Shown piece after piece: positions 20,089-28,910 of a DNA stretch of 63,091 bases. Under the pieces are notes generated by a model, which saw nothing but the letters and a program-made list of their open reading frames with translations, did no database searches and was not told the DNA's origin. Source of the stretch: an uncultured Bifidobacterium sp. GTDB lineage: Bacteria; Pseudomonadota; Gammaproteobacteria; Burkholderiales; Burkholderiaceae_D. The DNA lies in NCBI GenBank assembly GCA_964613635.1, contig CAZTIF010000003.1:1-63091 (forward strand), given 5' to 3'. A program made the translations under genes and the position numbers. The first letter of the stretch is position 1. Each line of letters opens with the position of its first letter.

Positions 20089-23000
20089 ATGGCGAATACG
20101 TCATCCTACGACATCGTGGACGGCAACCGCGTCGATAATCCGACCGACAACACGACCTACGTGTTCAGCGCGACCGCAACGCTCAAGACTTTCACGCTGG
20201 CAGGCAACTCCGATGGCGACACGGTAGCCATCGACGCAACCAGCTCCGATTTCAAGGTCAAGTTCAAGAAAAATGAAATGACCCTGATCGGCCAGAAGAA
20301 CACCCCGTCCGCGGGCGTGATCGTCAAGATCCAGATCGACACCTCCAACGGCGGCGTCAATCACCTGGCCTTCCTCGACGGTACCGTCGACGTGTCGTTC
20401 GTGCCGAACGCACCGGGCGAACTCAAGGGCAAGTGGACCTTTGGCGGTAACGAAGGCGTCAAGAAGCTGAACCTCGGCGGCGTGGGCGTCTCGTACGACA
20501 TCGACTCGTCGCACACCTACGCTCAGGCTCAAGTCGCGGCCAACGCTGCGCTGAATTCGCAGACCCTGATCCTCACCCAGGACGAAGATCACATTGTGCT
20601 CGACGCGATCGACACGATGGACACCGTGCGCGGCGTGGTGGACTTCGACATGACCAGCTTCGGATGGGGCTGGGGCGAAGATGGCTTCGATTATTCCATC
20701 GGCGGCGTTGACAATTCGACGTTCAACGTTGGCGACACCATCGAAGGCAACGGCAACACCAAGGTTGAACTGACCCTCGACGTGTCGTCGTCGCTGCTGG
20801 GCGAAGACATGTGGTTCTTCGGCGAGGATGGCGTTTACGTTGATGCCGAATACGTCGAGATGTCCGGTGTGGACGAGCTCGCGCTGAAGGCCGGCTCCTC
20901 GTACGGCGCCGTGGGCTTTGATGCCAGCAGCTATGGCAACGACATCAGCAAGGTGTCGCTGTCGGGGCGCGACGGCATGTATGCCGATGTGTATGACCTG
21001 CAGGCTGACGACACGCTGAACGTCGCGCTGCAGACCGGCGGCGATCTCGATGTGTCGGGCACCTGGAATGGCCTTGACTTCGACGTCGAACTGGATAACT
21101 CGGACGACTCGACCGAGTCGAGCGTCAACCTGACCGCAGCAGCGGTGTCGGTAATCGCCGGCAACGACGCGACAGCGGATCTCGATCTGAACCTGTCGTC
21201 CAGCGGCGACGGCCCGGTGGAGTCGGTCGGTGCGATCGTCGTGGGCAACGTCACGCTGGCCGCGGGCACCGATGGCGAAGTGGACTTCTCGGTTTCCGGC
21301 TACGCTAACAACTACAGCGAAGGCGATGCGCTCGTCGGTGATGTGACTGTCGGCAATATCGGCATCACGCTGGCAAAGTCGGCAACCAACACTGATGTGA
21401 CGATCGAGCAGTACGCAAATGCCGAAGATGGCTCCGCTACGGTCGGCAACATGAAGGTCGGCAATGTAACGCTGAATGCTGCAGAGAATGCAGACTTCGA
21501 AGACATCAACGTATATCAGTACGCTTACGCTGATAGCGGCGACGCCACCATCGGCACCCGCAACGTTGGCAACATCGCCATCACCCTGGGCTCGGGTGCT
21601 GAGGGTGACAATCAAGTCGACATCTCTGCTTCTGCAACCGTCTCCGGCTCGGGCGATGTAACCATCGGCAACGGCGTGATCGGCAACATCACCATCAACG
21701 GCGGCGATGGTGTCGAAGACCAGGACGCGTATGTCTACGCATGGGCTTACGCTGACACGGGCAACGCTACGATCGGCAATACCCAAGTGGGTAACGTCAG
21801 CATGACCTTCGGCGATGGCGATGGCGAAGACAATTGGTACAGCTTCTCGGCCATGGTGAGTGCAACGGTTGATGAAACCGGCGACGCGACCGTTGGCAAT
21901 GTGACAATTGGCAACATCACGCAAACGGCTGGCGATCCGGAGCTGAACGGCGACGGTGACGCGATCGACTCCGACGATCAGCAGCTGTGGGCCTACTCCT
22001 ACCAGCTGGCCCAGTCGGACAAGGGCAACGCCACGGTTGGCAACAACACAGTCGGCAACATCACGCAAACCGTTGGCGATGACGGCGACGCTGCATTGAC
22101 GGTTGATCAGTATGCGACGGCAGTATCGGGTGATGCCACCATGGGCAACGTCACTGTTGGTAACATTGCGTTGACCGCAGGCGCACGCGGTGACTTGGAC
22201 GCTTTTGTTCGCCAAGAAGGTGATGCAACAACGGGCGATGTGACCATCGGTACCATGAAGGTCGGTAACATCGATATGTCTGTCGGCGTTGACGGCTCGG
22301 CCTATTTCGAGATTGACCGCTCTGCAGACGTGTTCGGTTCGTCGGATGCGACCGCAAGCATCGGGTCGACCACCGTCGGCAATGTCAATCTGTATGCTGG
22401 TGGTAGTGGCTATGCTGGCTTCGGTCTGACGGTGGACGCTTACAACACGGACGATAGCGACCGTGCAGATACCACCGTTGGCAATGTCACCGTCGGCAAT
22501 GTGACGATCGCCGTTGAAAACGACGCAGCAGCATCGTTCTGGAACGGCGTGTACGCTGGCGCAGTCGGTAACATCACGTACGGCAATGTCAACGTGGAAG
22601 TGGGTGAAAACTCCGATCTCAATTGGATGTACATCTCCGCTTCGGCTAGCACCGCCGATGTTGGCAACTTCACGGTCGGTGACCTCACGGTCAATCTGGC
22701 CAAGTCGGCTTCGCTGACAAATGATGGCGGCTTCGAAGCCTATGCATTCGAGAGCATCGGCAACGTCACCCTCGGCGATCAGACGATCACCGTGGCGACC
22801 GAGGCCGATTTCGGCGATGAGTACTCGTTCGAGAACTACTTCTATGCAGAGAACGGTTCGATCGGCGCAGTGAAGATCGGCGATATCACCCTCACCGGCG
22901 TTGGCGCGGATGCAGACATCTCCATCGACACCGACCTTTGGGCGGAAGACAGCATCAAGTCGGTCACGATGGGCAATGCCTCGGTGTCGGCTGACGGCGA

Positions 23001-24285
23001 TGACTCCGACAGCGACTATGAAGTCGACATCCGTACCGATGGCACGATCGGCAACGTCACCGGCGGCAACCTGTCGGCTGTGGCCGCAGGCGAAGACGCC
23101 GACGCCGAGGTCGATATCGAAATGTGGGCCTACAACGATATCGGCGACGTGAAGTTCGGTAACGTCGTCGTCTCCGCTGAAAACGACCACGCTCCGGATG
23201 TTGTCTGGGGTGAGGCAAGCGCGACGGTCGACATCAGCATCACCGGTTCGAGCGACCTCGGTGACGTGACCGTTGGTTCGGTGACGATGACCGCGATCGG
23301 CGAAGACGCAGACACGGACTTCGATCTTGAAATCGGTAATTCCTATGAGACTTCCGCGACTGTCGACATCGAGAACATCGGTGACATCAAGGTCGGCAAC
23401 CTCGTCCTGATGGCCAGCGGCTCGTCGGCCGACGTGGATGTGGACATCTACGCCAACACCGACACCGGCGTGATCGGCACGATGACGCTGGGTAACATCG
23501 ACATCCTCGTGGCGAACACCGAAGAGGCAGATACCGCCGCGAAGGTTTCGGTCACTGTGGATGCCTATGGCGACTTGACGGTTGGCGACATCACGCTGGA
23601 GCAGGGTGACATGACCGACTGGGGCACCAATGAAACCGGTGATGGAGACAACGATGCCGACATGTTTGCCTATGTCGATCTGGACTCGTGGAATGGCGAC
23701 CTGATCGTTGGCGATATCACGGTCACCGGTGGCTACCTGACGGAGTCCGATGATTCCAACGACAACTACGACTACGTCGGCGTTGATAACTCCGGCTGGC
23801 TGGAGTTGTACGCTGATGGCACGATCACGGTCGGCGATATCGACTATAGCGGTTATGAGCGTGCTGCCACGATTGAAGTAGATACCTGGCTCGGCGCTGC
23901 CAACATCAAGGCGTCGCAGGGCGGTTCGACGATCACCGATAACGCCACCAAGAACACCATCACCCTGGGCGATGGTGCGGATACCGTGATCCTGCTCAAC
24001 GGCAACAGCGGCTTGACCGCTGCAGACGCTGACGTGATCATCGACTTCGACAGCGCAGAGGACCTGATTGACCTCAACCTGTCCGGATCCGAGTTCGAGG
24101 TGGATTCGTCGGGCACGACCTTCGCAGACTTCCTGTCGGACGCCCAAGGTGCCGACAAGGATATCTACGCAGCGAAAGTCGGCAGCGACTACTACGTCGC
24201 GATCGATACGGATGGTGGCGATGCAGTTGACTTCGTCATCAAGCTGGTCGGCGTGTCGAACGTCTCGTCGTCCGACTTCACCTGA
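20089..24285 (+). CDS. 1398-aa acidic beta-strand-repeat surface (S-layer-like) protein, candidate T1SS cargo
   Basis: Strong RBS AGGAG. D/G/T/V/N/A-rich with recurring GDATIGNVTVGNI units. No signal peptide. RsaA/RTX-like C-terminus (ITLGDGADTV, DVIIDF, IKLVGV...DFT). Followed by a terminator. Confidence 0.85.
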   Translation: MANTSSYDIVDGNRVDNPTDNTTYVFSATATLKTFTLAGNSDGDTVAIDATSSDFKVKFKKNEMTLIGQKNTPSAGVIVKIQIDTSNGGVNHLAFLDGTVDVSFVPNAPGELKGKWTFGGNEGVKKLNLGGVGVSYDIDSSHTYAQAQVAANAALNSQTLILTQDEDHIVLDAIDTMDTVRGVVDFDMTSFGWGWGEDGFDYSIGGVDNSTFNVGDTIEGNGNTKVELTLDVSSSLLGEDMWFFGEDGVYVDAEYVEMSGVDELALKAGSSYGAVGFDASSYGNDISKVSLSGRDGMYADVYDLQADDTLNVALQTGGDLDVSGTWNGLDFDVELDNSDDSTESSVNLTAAAVSVIAGNDATADLDLNLSSSGDGPVESVGAIVVGNVTLAAGTDGEVDFSVSGYANNYSEGDALVGDVTVGNIGITLAKSATNTDVTIEQYANAEDGSATVGNMKVGNVTLNAAENADFEDINVYQYAYADSGDATIGTRNVGNIAITLGSGAEGDNQVDISASATVSGSGDVTIGNGVIGNITINGGDGVEDQDAYVYAWAYADTGNATIGNTQVGNVSMTFGDGDGEDNWYSFSAMVSATVDETGDATVGNVTIGNITQTAGDPELNGDGDAIDSDDQQLWAYSYQLAQSDKGNATVGNNTVGNITQTVGDDGDAALTVDQYATAVSGDATMGNVTVGNIALTAGARGDLDAFVRQEGDATTGDVTIGTMKVGNIDMSVGVDGSAYFEIDRSADVFGSSDATASIGSTTVGNVNLYAGGSGYAGFGLTVDAYNTDDSDRADTTVGNVTVGNVTIAVENDAAASFWNGVYAGAVGNITYGNVNVEVGENSDLNWMYISASASTADVGNFTVGDLTVNLAKSASLTNDGGFEAYAFESIGNVTLGDQTITVATEADFGDEYSFENYFYAENGSIGAVKIGDITLTGVGADADISIDTDLWAEDSIKSVTMGNASVSADGDDSDSDYEVDIRTDGTIGNVTGGNLSAVAAGEDADAEVDIEMWAYNDIGDVKFGNVVVSAENDHAPDVVWGEASATVDISITGSSDLGDVTVGSVTMTAIGEDADTDFDLEIGNSYETSATVDIENIGDIKVGNLVLMASGSSADVDVDIYANTDTGVIGTMTLGNIDILVANTEEADTAAKVSVTVDAYGDLTVGDITLEQGDMTDWGTNETGDGDNDADMFAYVDLDSWNGDLIVGDITVTGGYLTESDDSNDNYDYVGVDNSGWLELYADGTITVGDIDYSGYERAATIEVDTWLGAANIKASQGGSTITDNATKNTITLGDGADTVILLNGNSGLTAADADVIIDFDSAEDLIDLNLSGSEFEVDSSGTTFADFLSDAQGADKDIYAAKVGSDYYVAIDTDGGDAVDFVIKLVGVSNVSSSDFT

Positions 24286-24332
24286 TCCGATCAGAGCGTA
24301 GTCTGATAAATTAATTAGTCCGCAATACCTTG

Positions 24333-24359
24333 AGAGGGCAGCAATGCCCTCTTTTTTTT
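24333..24359 (+). terminator. Rho-independent terminator after the S-layer-like gene
   Basis: gagggca-gcaa-tgccctc followed by T8. Confidence 0.85.
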
Positions 24360-24371
24360 GGATTTTTCGAC

Positions 24372-26309
24372 ATGTCGACCGTAAAAGAAATCATCGAGCG
24401 AATTGACAGGCTCGAGGCGAAGAGGAGTTATGCGGATGCGCTGGTATTGGCCCGAAAGGCGATGCAAACGCATTCGCACGAACGCGAACTGGCCTTGCGC
24501 GTGGCCTACCTGCTGCTGAATTCCAAGCAGACGCAGCAGGCGCTCAGCCTGTTCAAGTCACTGCACGAGGAAGGGCAGGCGCAGGGAAAGGCCGATATCG
24601 TCGTGCTGACCGGGCTTGCGCGCAGCCTGCAAGAGAGCGATCGCCACAAGGAAGGCTCCGACATTTTCGGACAGCTGTTCAAAAAGGCACCGAAGAATCT
24701 CGATGTAATGATCGGCTGGGCGCAGTGCCTGAAGACCAAGGGCGATGCCGAGCCGGCGGAAAAGATTTTGCGCGATGCGCTGGCGCTGGCGCCGGGACAC
24801 AAGCGCGCCAGCCATGCGCTCGCGCAAGTGCTGGTGGACAAGCAGCAGCATGACGAGGCGCTGGAACTGCTGGAAAAAAATATCGAACGCAATGATTTCC
24901 ATGCCGATTCGATCGATTTGTGGATCAATACGCTGCAAAGCCTCGAGCGCAATCGCTACGCGCAGGACAAGCTTGAAGCCTTGCAGAAGGCGCATCCCGA
25001 CACGCTGGAATTCGTCTACGGTTTTGCCGTGCTGGCCAACCGGGCCGGCGAATCTGCGTTGGCCAGGCCCGCGTTCGAACGGGCCATCGAACTGAGCCCG
25101 AACAACCCGCGCATCTATTACGACCTCGGCGTGATGGAGCGGGTGGCCGGCAACCTGAAGCGGTCGCAGCAGATGATTGCCAAGGCACTCGACCTGAAGC
25201 CCGACAATCCGGCGGCGATTCGCACCTATGGATCGGACATCAAGTATGCGTACGGCGACGAGAATTATCGACGCCTGAATTATGTGGCCGCCAATTTCTC
25301 GAAATTCACCACGCAGGAGCAGATCAACCTGCATTACGCGCTGGCCAAGGCGGCGGAGGATGTGGGCGAACTGGATACGGCCTTCCGCCATTACGAGATC
25401 GGTGGCGAGAAGAAGCGCCGCACCATGACGTATAACGAGAAGGACTCTGCCCGCTTGTATGAGGTGATTCCGCAGGTCGTGACGCCGAAAAATCTCGAAG
25501 CCGCGCAGCAGCGCGGTTGCGAGAGCGAGGTGCCGGTGTTCATTCTCGGCATGCCCCGCTCAGGCACCTCGCTGATGGAACAGATCCTGTCGGCGCATCC
25601 GGATATTTTCGGCGCCGGCGAACTGAAGTACCTGACCGGCATTCTGGAAAATATCACGGTCGGCCAGGGGGCGCGCCTGCGCATAGGCGAGAAGGAGCCG
25701 GTGTTCCCCTATGACGACAACGCATCCTGGGCGGCGCGCGGTGAGCGCTATGTCGAGCGGATCCGGAAGCTGGCGGATCGCCCGGACTACCAACGCATCG
25801 TCGACAAGATGCCGGGGAACTTCAATTTCGTCGGGCTGATTCACGCGATCCTGCCGAATGCAAAAATCATTCACAGCCGTCGTCACCCGGTCGAAACCTG
25901 CCTGTCGGCCTATCGCATTCACTTCGCGGAAGGTCACCACTGGTCTTACCGGCTGCGCGAACTCGGCCGCTTCTACAAGCGCTACTGGAACCTGATGAAA
26001 TACTGGCGCGAAGCCTACCCGGGGGTGATGTACGAAGTGCGCTACGAAGACAATGTGGCAGATGTCGAGGGGTCCGCGCGCAAGCTGATCGATTATCTCG
26101 GCCTGGAGTGGAATGAGAACTGCCTGAATTTCTACAATACCGACCGCCCGGTAAAGACGGCCAGCGTCACCCAGGTGCGCAAGCCCATCTACACCACCAG
26201 CACCAACCGCTGGCGCAAGTATGAGAAATTCCTGCAGCCCTTGCTGCAGGAGCTGGGCGACATCGTTCCGCAGTACGAGAGCGAGATCTCGCACCTGCTC
26301 GAAAAGTAA
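24372..26309 (+). CDS. TPR-containing sulfotransferase (Sulfotransfer_3/TPST-like domain)
   Basis: Long N-terminal TPR array, then PVFILGMPRSGTSLMEQIL, VDKMPGN, RHPVETCLS, VRYED, TASVTQVRKPIY. Confidence 0.92.
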   Translation: MSTVKEIIERIDRLEAKRSYADALVLARKAMQTHSHERELALRVAYLLLNSKQTQQALSLFKSLHEEGQAQGKADIVVLTGLARSLQESDRHKEGSDIFGQLFKKAPKNLDVMIGWAQCLKTKGDAEPAEKILRDALALAPGHKRASHALAQVLVDKQQHDEALELLEKNIERNDFHADSIDLWINTLQSLERNRYAQDKLEALQKAHPDTLEFVYGFAVLANRAGESALARPAFERAIELSPNNPRIYYDLGVMERVAGNLKRSQQMIAKALDLKPDNPAAIRTYGSDIKYAYGDENYRRLNYVAANFSKFTTQEQINLHYALAKAAEDVGELDTAFRHYEIGGEKKRRTMTYNEKDSARLYEVIPQVVTPKNLEAAQQRGCESEVPVFILGMPRSGTSLMEQILSAHPDIFGAGELKYLTGILENITVGQGARLRIGEKEPVFPYDDNASWAARGERYVERIRKLADRPDYQRIVDKMPGNFNFVGLIHAILPNAKIIHSRRHPVETCLSAYRIHFAEGHHWSYRLRELGRFYKRYWNLMKYWREAYPGVMYEVRYEDNVADVEGSARKLIDYLGLEWNENCLNFYNTDRPVKTASVTQVRKPIYTTSTNRWRKYEKFLQPLLQELGDIVPQYESEISHLLEK

Positions 26310-26312
26310 GCG

Positions 26313-26774
26313 ATGAGCCTGCACGCCAGGTACGACCTGAAGGAAGACCGGATGCTGCTCACGGTGCAGCCGCACCCGGGCGCACCGGTGGCGATCTGGG
26401 TCACCCGCAGGCAGTGGCTGAACCTGATGCATGCGTTGCCGAAATTCGCGCCCGCGTCCGCCGGAGGTTCCGCCGCCGCAGACGCGGCACCGCCACCGCA
26501 TTCCCGGCGAAAGCGCGCGCCCGCCGGAGCGGCCGATCCTGTGCTGCTGAGTGCGCTGCGGCTGGCGGCGCAGCCGGCGGGAGTGAGGCTGATCTTCGTG
26601 ATCGGCGAGCAGGCAGTGAGCATGGATTTCACTGCGGAGGGTGCGGCACAGCTGCAGGCCATGCTGACACAGCAGGCCGAGCGTGCAGGGTGGGACGCCG
26701 CGGCATCGCTGGAACGGCTGGAAGCGGCTTCGCTGGCGGACGCCGTGATGAAGAACGCAAGGAAATTGCACTGA
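26313..26774 (+). CDS. Hypothetical protein (153 aa)
   Basis: Fits tightly between neighbours (3-nt and 1-nt gaps). N-terminal YDLKEDRMLL...IWVTRR. Confidence 0.75.
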   Translation: MSLHARYDLKEDRMLLTVQPHPGAPVAIWVTRRQWLNLMHALPKFAPASAGGSAAADAAPPPHSRRKRAPAGAADPVLLSALRLAAQPAGVRLIFVIGEQAVSMDFTAEGAAQLQAMLTQQAERAGWDAAASLERLEAASLADAVMKNARKLH

Positions 26775-26775
26775 C

Positions 26776-27825
26776 ATGGAAAAAAAGATGAGCGACACGT
26801 ACAACTGGGCGCAGATGCTGGACGATTTTCGCGCGCTCGGCGGGGTGGCCGACAATATTGAGCAAAGGCAGGGGCGCTATGGCAATGGCCTGTTTCCGAT
26901 CGATCCGGACAAGCCGGTCAGGATTGTCGTCCCTGACGCCTTGCTGTTCGATTCCGATCTGCTGGTACTCGATGGTGATGACCTGGTGGTCGCGCCCAGC
27001 GCGAGCGTGTCCGACGATGTGCGCACCTTCATCGCGCGCTATCAGAAGCATTATTCATGGGGCGCCGACGGGAAAAAATCCGTCGAATCTTTCGAGGAGG
27101 CGCTGAAGACCCTGCCTGACGCCGTGTTGCAGCGGCTGCAGAGATTCCGCTTGCTGAACCTGGCGGTCCGGCAGAAAGGCGAATGGGCCGAGGTGTTGCG
27201 TCGTCGCTTTCTGCAGTCGCGGTGCATTTATTATCATGAACGCCGTGTCCTGATGCCCATCATCGAGCTGATCAATCATTCGCCACGCAGTCCCGGTTAC
27301 ATGATCGGCACCGGCATCCAGTTCAGGGGCAAGTTTGCCGACGAAGTCACTGTCAATTATTCACGCACCAGCGATGCGCTGATGCGCTTTTTCAGCTATG
27401 GATTTACCAGCGCCGAGCCGGTGGCTTTCAGCTTGCCGATGAGTCTGAAGCTGAACAATGGCAAGACCCTGCAAATCGGCTACGACACGAACAAGGCGGC
27501 GACAGGCGAGAAGACGGCAGGGGCGGAGAAGGCCCCGCTGCCGGCGGTCAGCACTGAGGGTAATCACTGGCGAATTTCGCACTTGCGGATCGGCCTGGAA
27601 CACACGCCCCGCGTGCCGCGCACGCTGCTGCGGAAGGCGCTGGCGGACTGGCCGGCGCAGGATGTCGATGAAGTCTTCGAGCGGGTGCGCAGCGTCAACA
27701 TGCTCGCGCTGACTGATCTGCTCGGTCTTGCCGATGGCCTTGACTCGGACATCGGGCGCGATTTGCGCGCCGCCGTGCGCCACCAGTTGCGCAGCATCGC
27801 GCAGTGCTATGGGGTGCGCACCTGA
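26776..27825 (+). CDS. SET-domain-like protein (Rubisco LSMT/SETD3-type motifs)
   Basis: GRYGNGLF, LMPIIELINHS, DEVTVNY, RFFSYGF, in SET-domain order. Confidence 0.6.
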   Translation: MEKKMSDTYNWAQMLDDFRALGGVADNIEQRQGRYGNGLFPIDPDKPVRIVVPDALLFDSDLLVLDGDDLVVAPSASVSDDVRTFIARYQKHYSWGADGKKSVESFEEALKTLPDAVLQRLQRFRLLNLAVRQKGEWAEVLRRRFLQSRCIYYHERRVLMPIIELINHSPRSPGYMIGTGIQFRGKFADEVTVNYSRTSDALMRFFSYGFTSAEPVAFSLPMSLKLNNGKTLQIGYDTNKAATGEKTAGAEKAPLPAVSTEGNHWRISHLRIGLEHTPRVPRTLLRKALADWPAQDVDEVFERVRSVNMLALTDLLGLADGLDSDIGRDLRAAVRHQLRSIAQCYGVRT

Positions 27826-27916
27826 GCGGCTGGGTCAATGTGCCGGCGGCCGCGTTGGGAACGCTCGCCGCCGGCCGCAATGAAAAACAACAGGAAAAGC
27901 TGTTGAGGCGGATGTG

Positions 27917-28714
27917 ATGGATGGAATGCTGATAACGGCAGGCGCCGTGACTGGCCTGCTGGTGGGATTGACGGGCGTCGGCGGAGGTGCGTTGATGACG
28001 CCGCTGCTCTTGCTGGTTTTTGGCGTGGCTCCGCTGGCGGCGGTCGGCACGGATCTGTGGTTTGCGGCCACGACCAAGCTGTTCGCCACGCGCGTCCATC
28101 ATGGTCACGGATTGATTGACTGGCAGGTGGTCAGGCGTTTGTGGCTCGGCAGCCTGACGGCGTCAGCGCTGACGCTGGTGTGGATGAAACTCCATCCGGT
28201 CGATGAGACGGCCGTGGTGCTGCTCAAAACGGCGATCGCTGTGGCGGTGATGGTAACGGCGCTCGGCATGCTGTTTCAAAAGCCCCTGCATGCGCTGGGG
28301 CGCAGGCTGCGCACCACGGATGGCGAGCATTTCAAGGCGCTGCAGGCGCCGCTGACGGTGTTCGCGGGCGCCGTGCTGGGCGTGCTGGTCACGCTGACCT
28401 CGGTCGGAGCCGGCGCGCTGGGGGCGGTGTTCCTTGCTTACCTTTATCCCTTGCGCCTCACGCCGCCTCGCCTGATCGCGACGGACATCGTGCACGCGAT
28501 TCCCCTCGCGATGTTTGCCGGCGCCGGCCATCTGTTGATCGGCAATGTGGACTTCGGGTTGTTGGGCAACCTGCTGCTGGGGTCGGTTCCGGCCGTACTG
28601 GTCGGCGCGATGCTGTCGGCTCGCCTTCCGCACGCTTTGCTGCGGGCGGCGCTGGCTGTGGTGCTCCTGTCGATTGCGTTGAAGCTGTGGTGGAGTCTGG
28701 GGCTGACGCTGTGA
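27917..28714 (+). CDS. Sulfite exporter TauE/SafE (TSUP) family membrane protein
   Basis: GLTGVGGGALMTP, AVGTDL, TSVGAG, ATDIVHAIPL, multiple TM helices. Confidence 0.92.
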   Translation: MDGMLITAGAVTGLLVGLTGVGGGALMTPLLLLVFGVAPLAAVGTDLWFAATTKLFATRVHHGHGLIDWQVVRRLWLGSLTASALTLVWMKLHPVDETAVVLLKTAIAVAVMVTALGMLFQKPLHALGRRLRTTDGEHFKALQAPLTVFAGAVLGVLVTLTSVGAGALGAVFLAYLYPLRLTPPRLIATDIVHAIPLAMFAGAGHLLIGNVDFGLLGNLLLGSVPAVLVGAMLSARLPHALLRAALAVVLLSIALKLWWSLGLTL

Positions 28715-28910
28715 GCGGTATGTTCCGGGGGCTGTGTGCCGGCTTCCGTGCAGGCTCAGGCCTGGCTTGCGCTGCTGGCAGCGACGACGGCAATTTGTCG
28801 AAGCATGGACTGACGGGATTGACAATGCCGCCCGCGCTCCAGCGAGTCGCCTTGACCGGTAGATGTCCGACGCGGGTGTTGCAACATGATCAGGTCGGAG
28901 TGCGCCACGC

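Noticed and set aside
20101..24147. 1348-aa antisense ORF
   Set aside because: Mirror frame of the S-layer-like gene, with no motifs.
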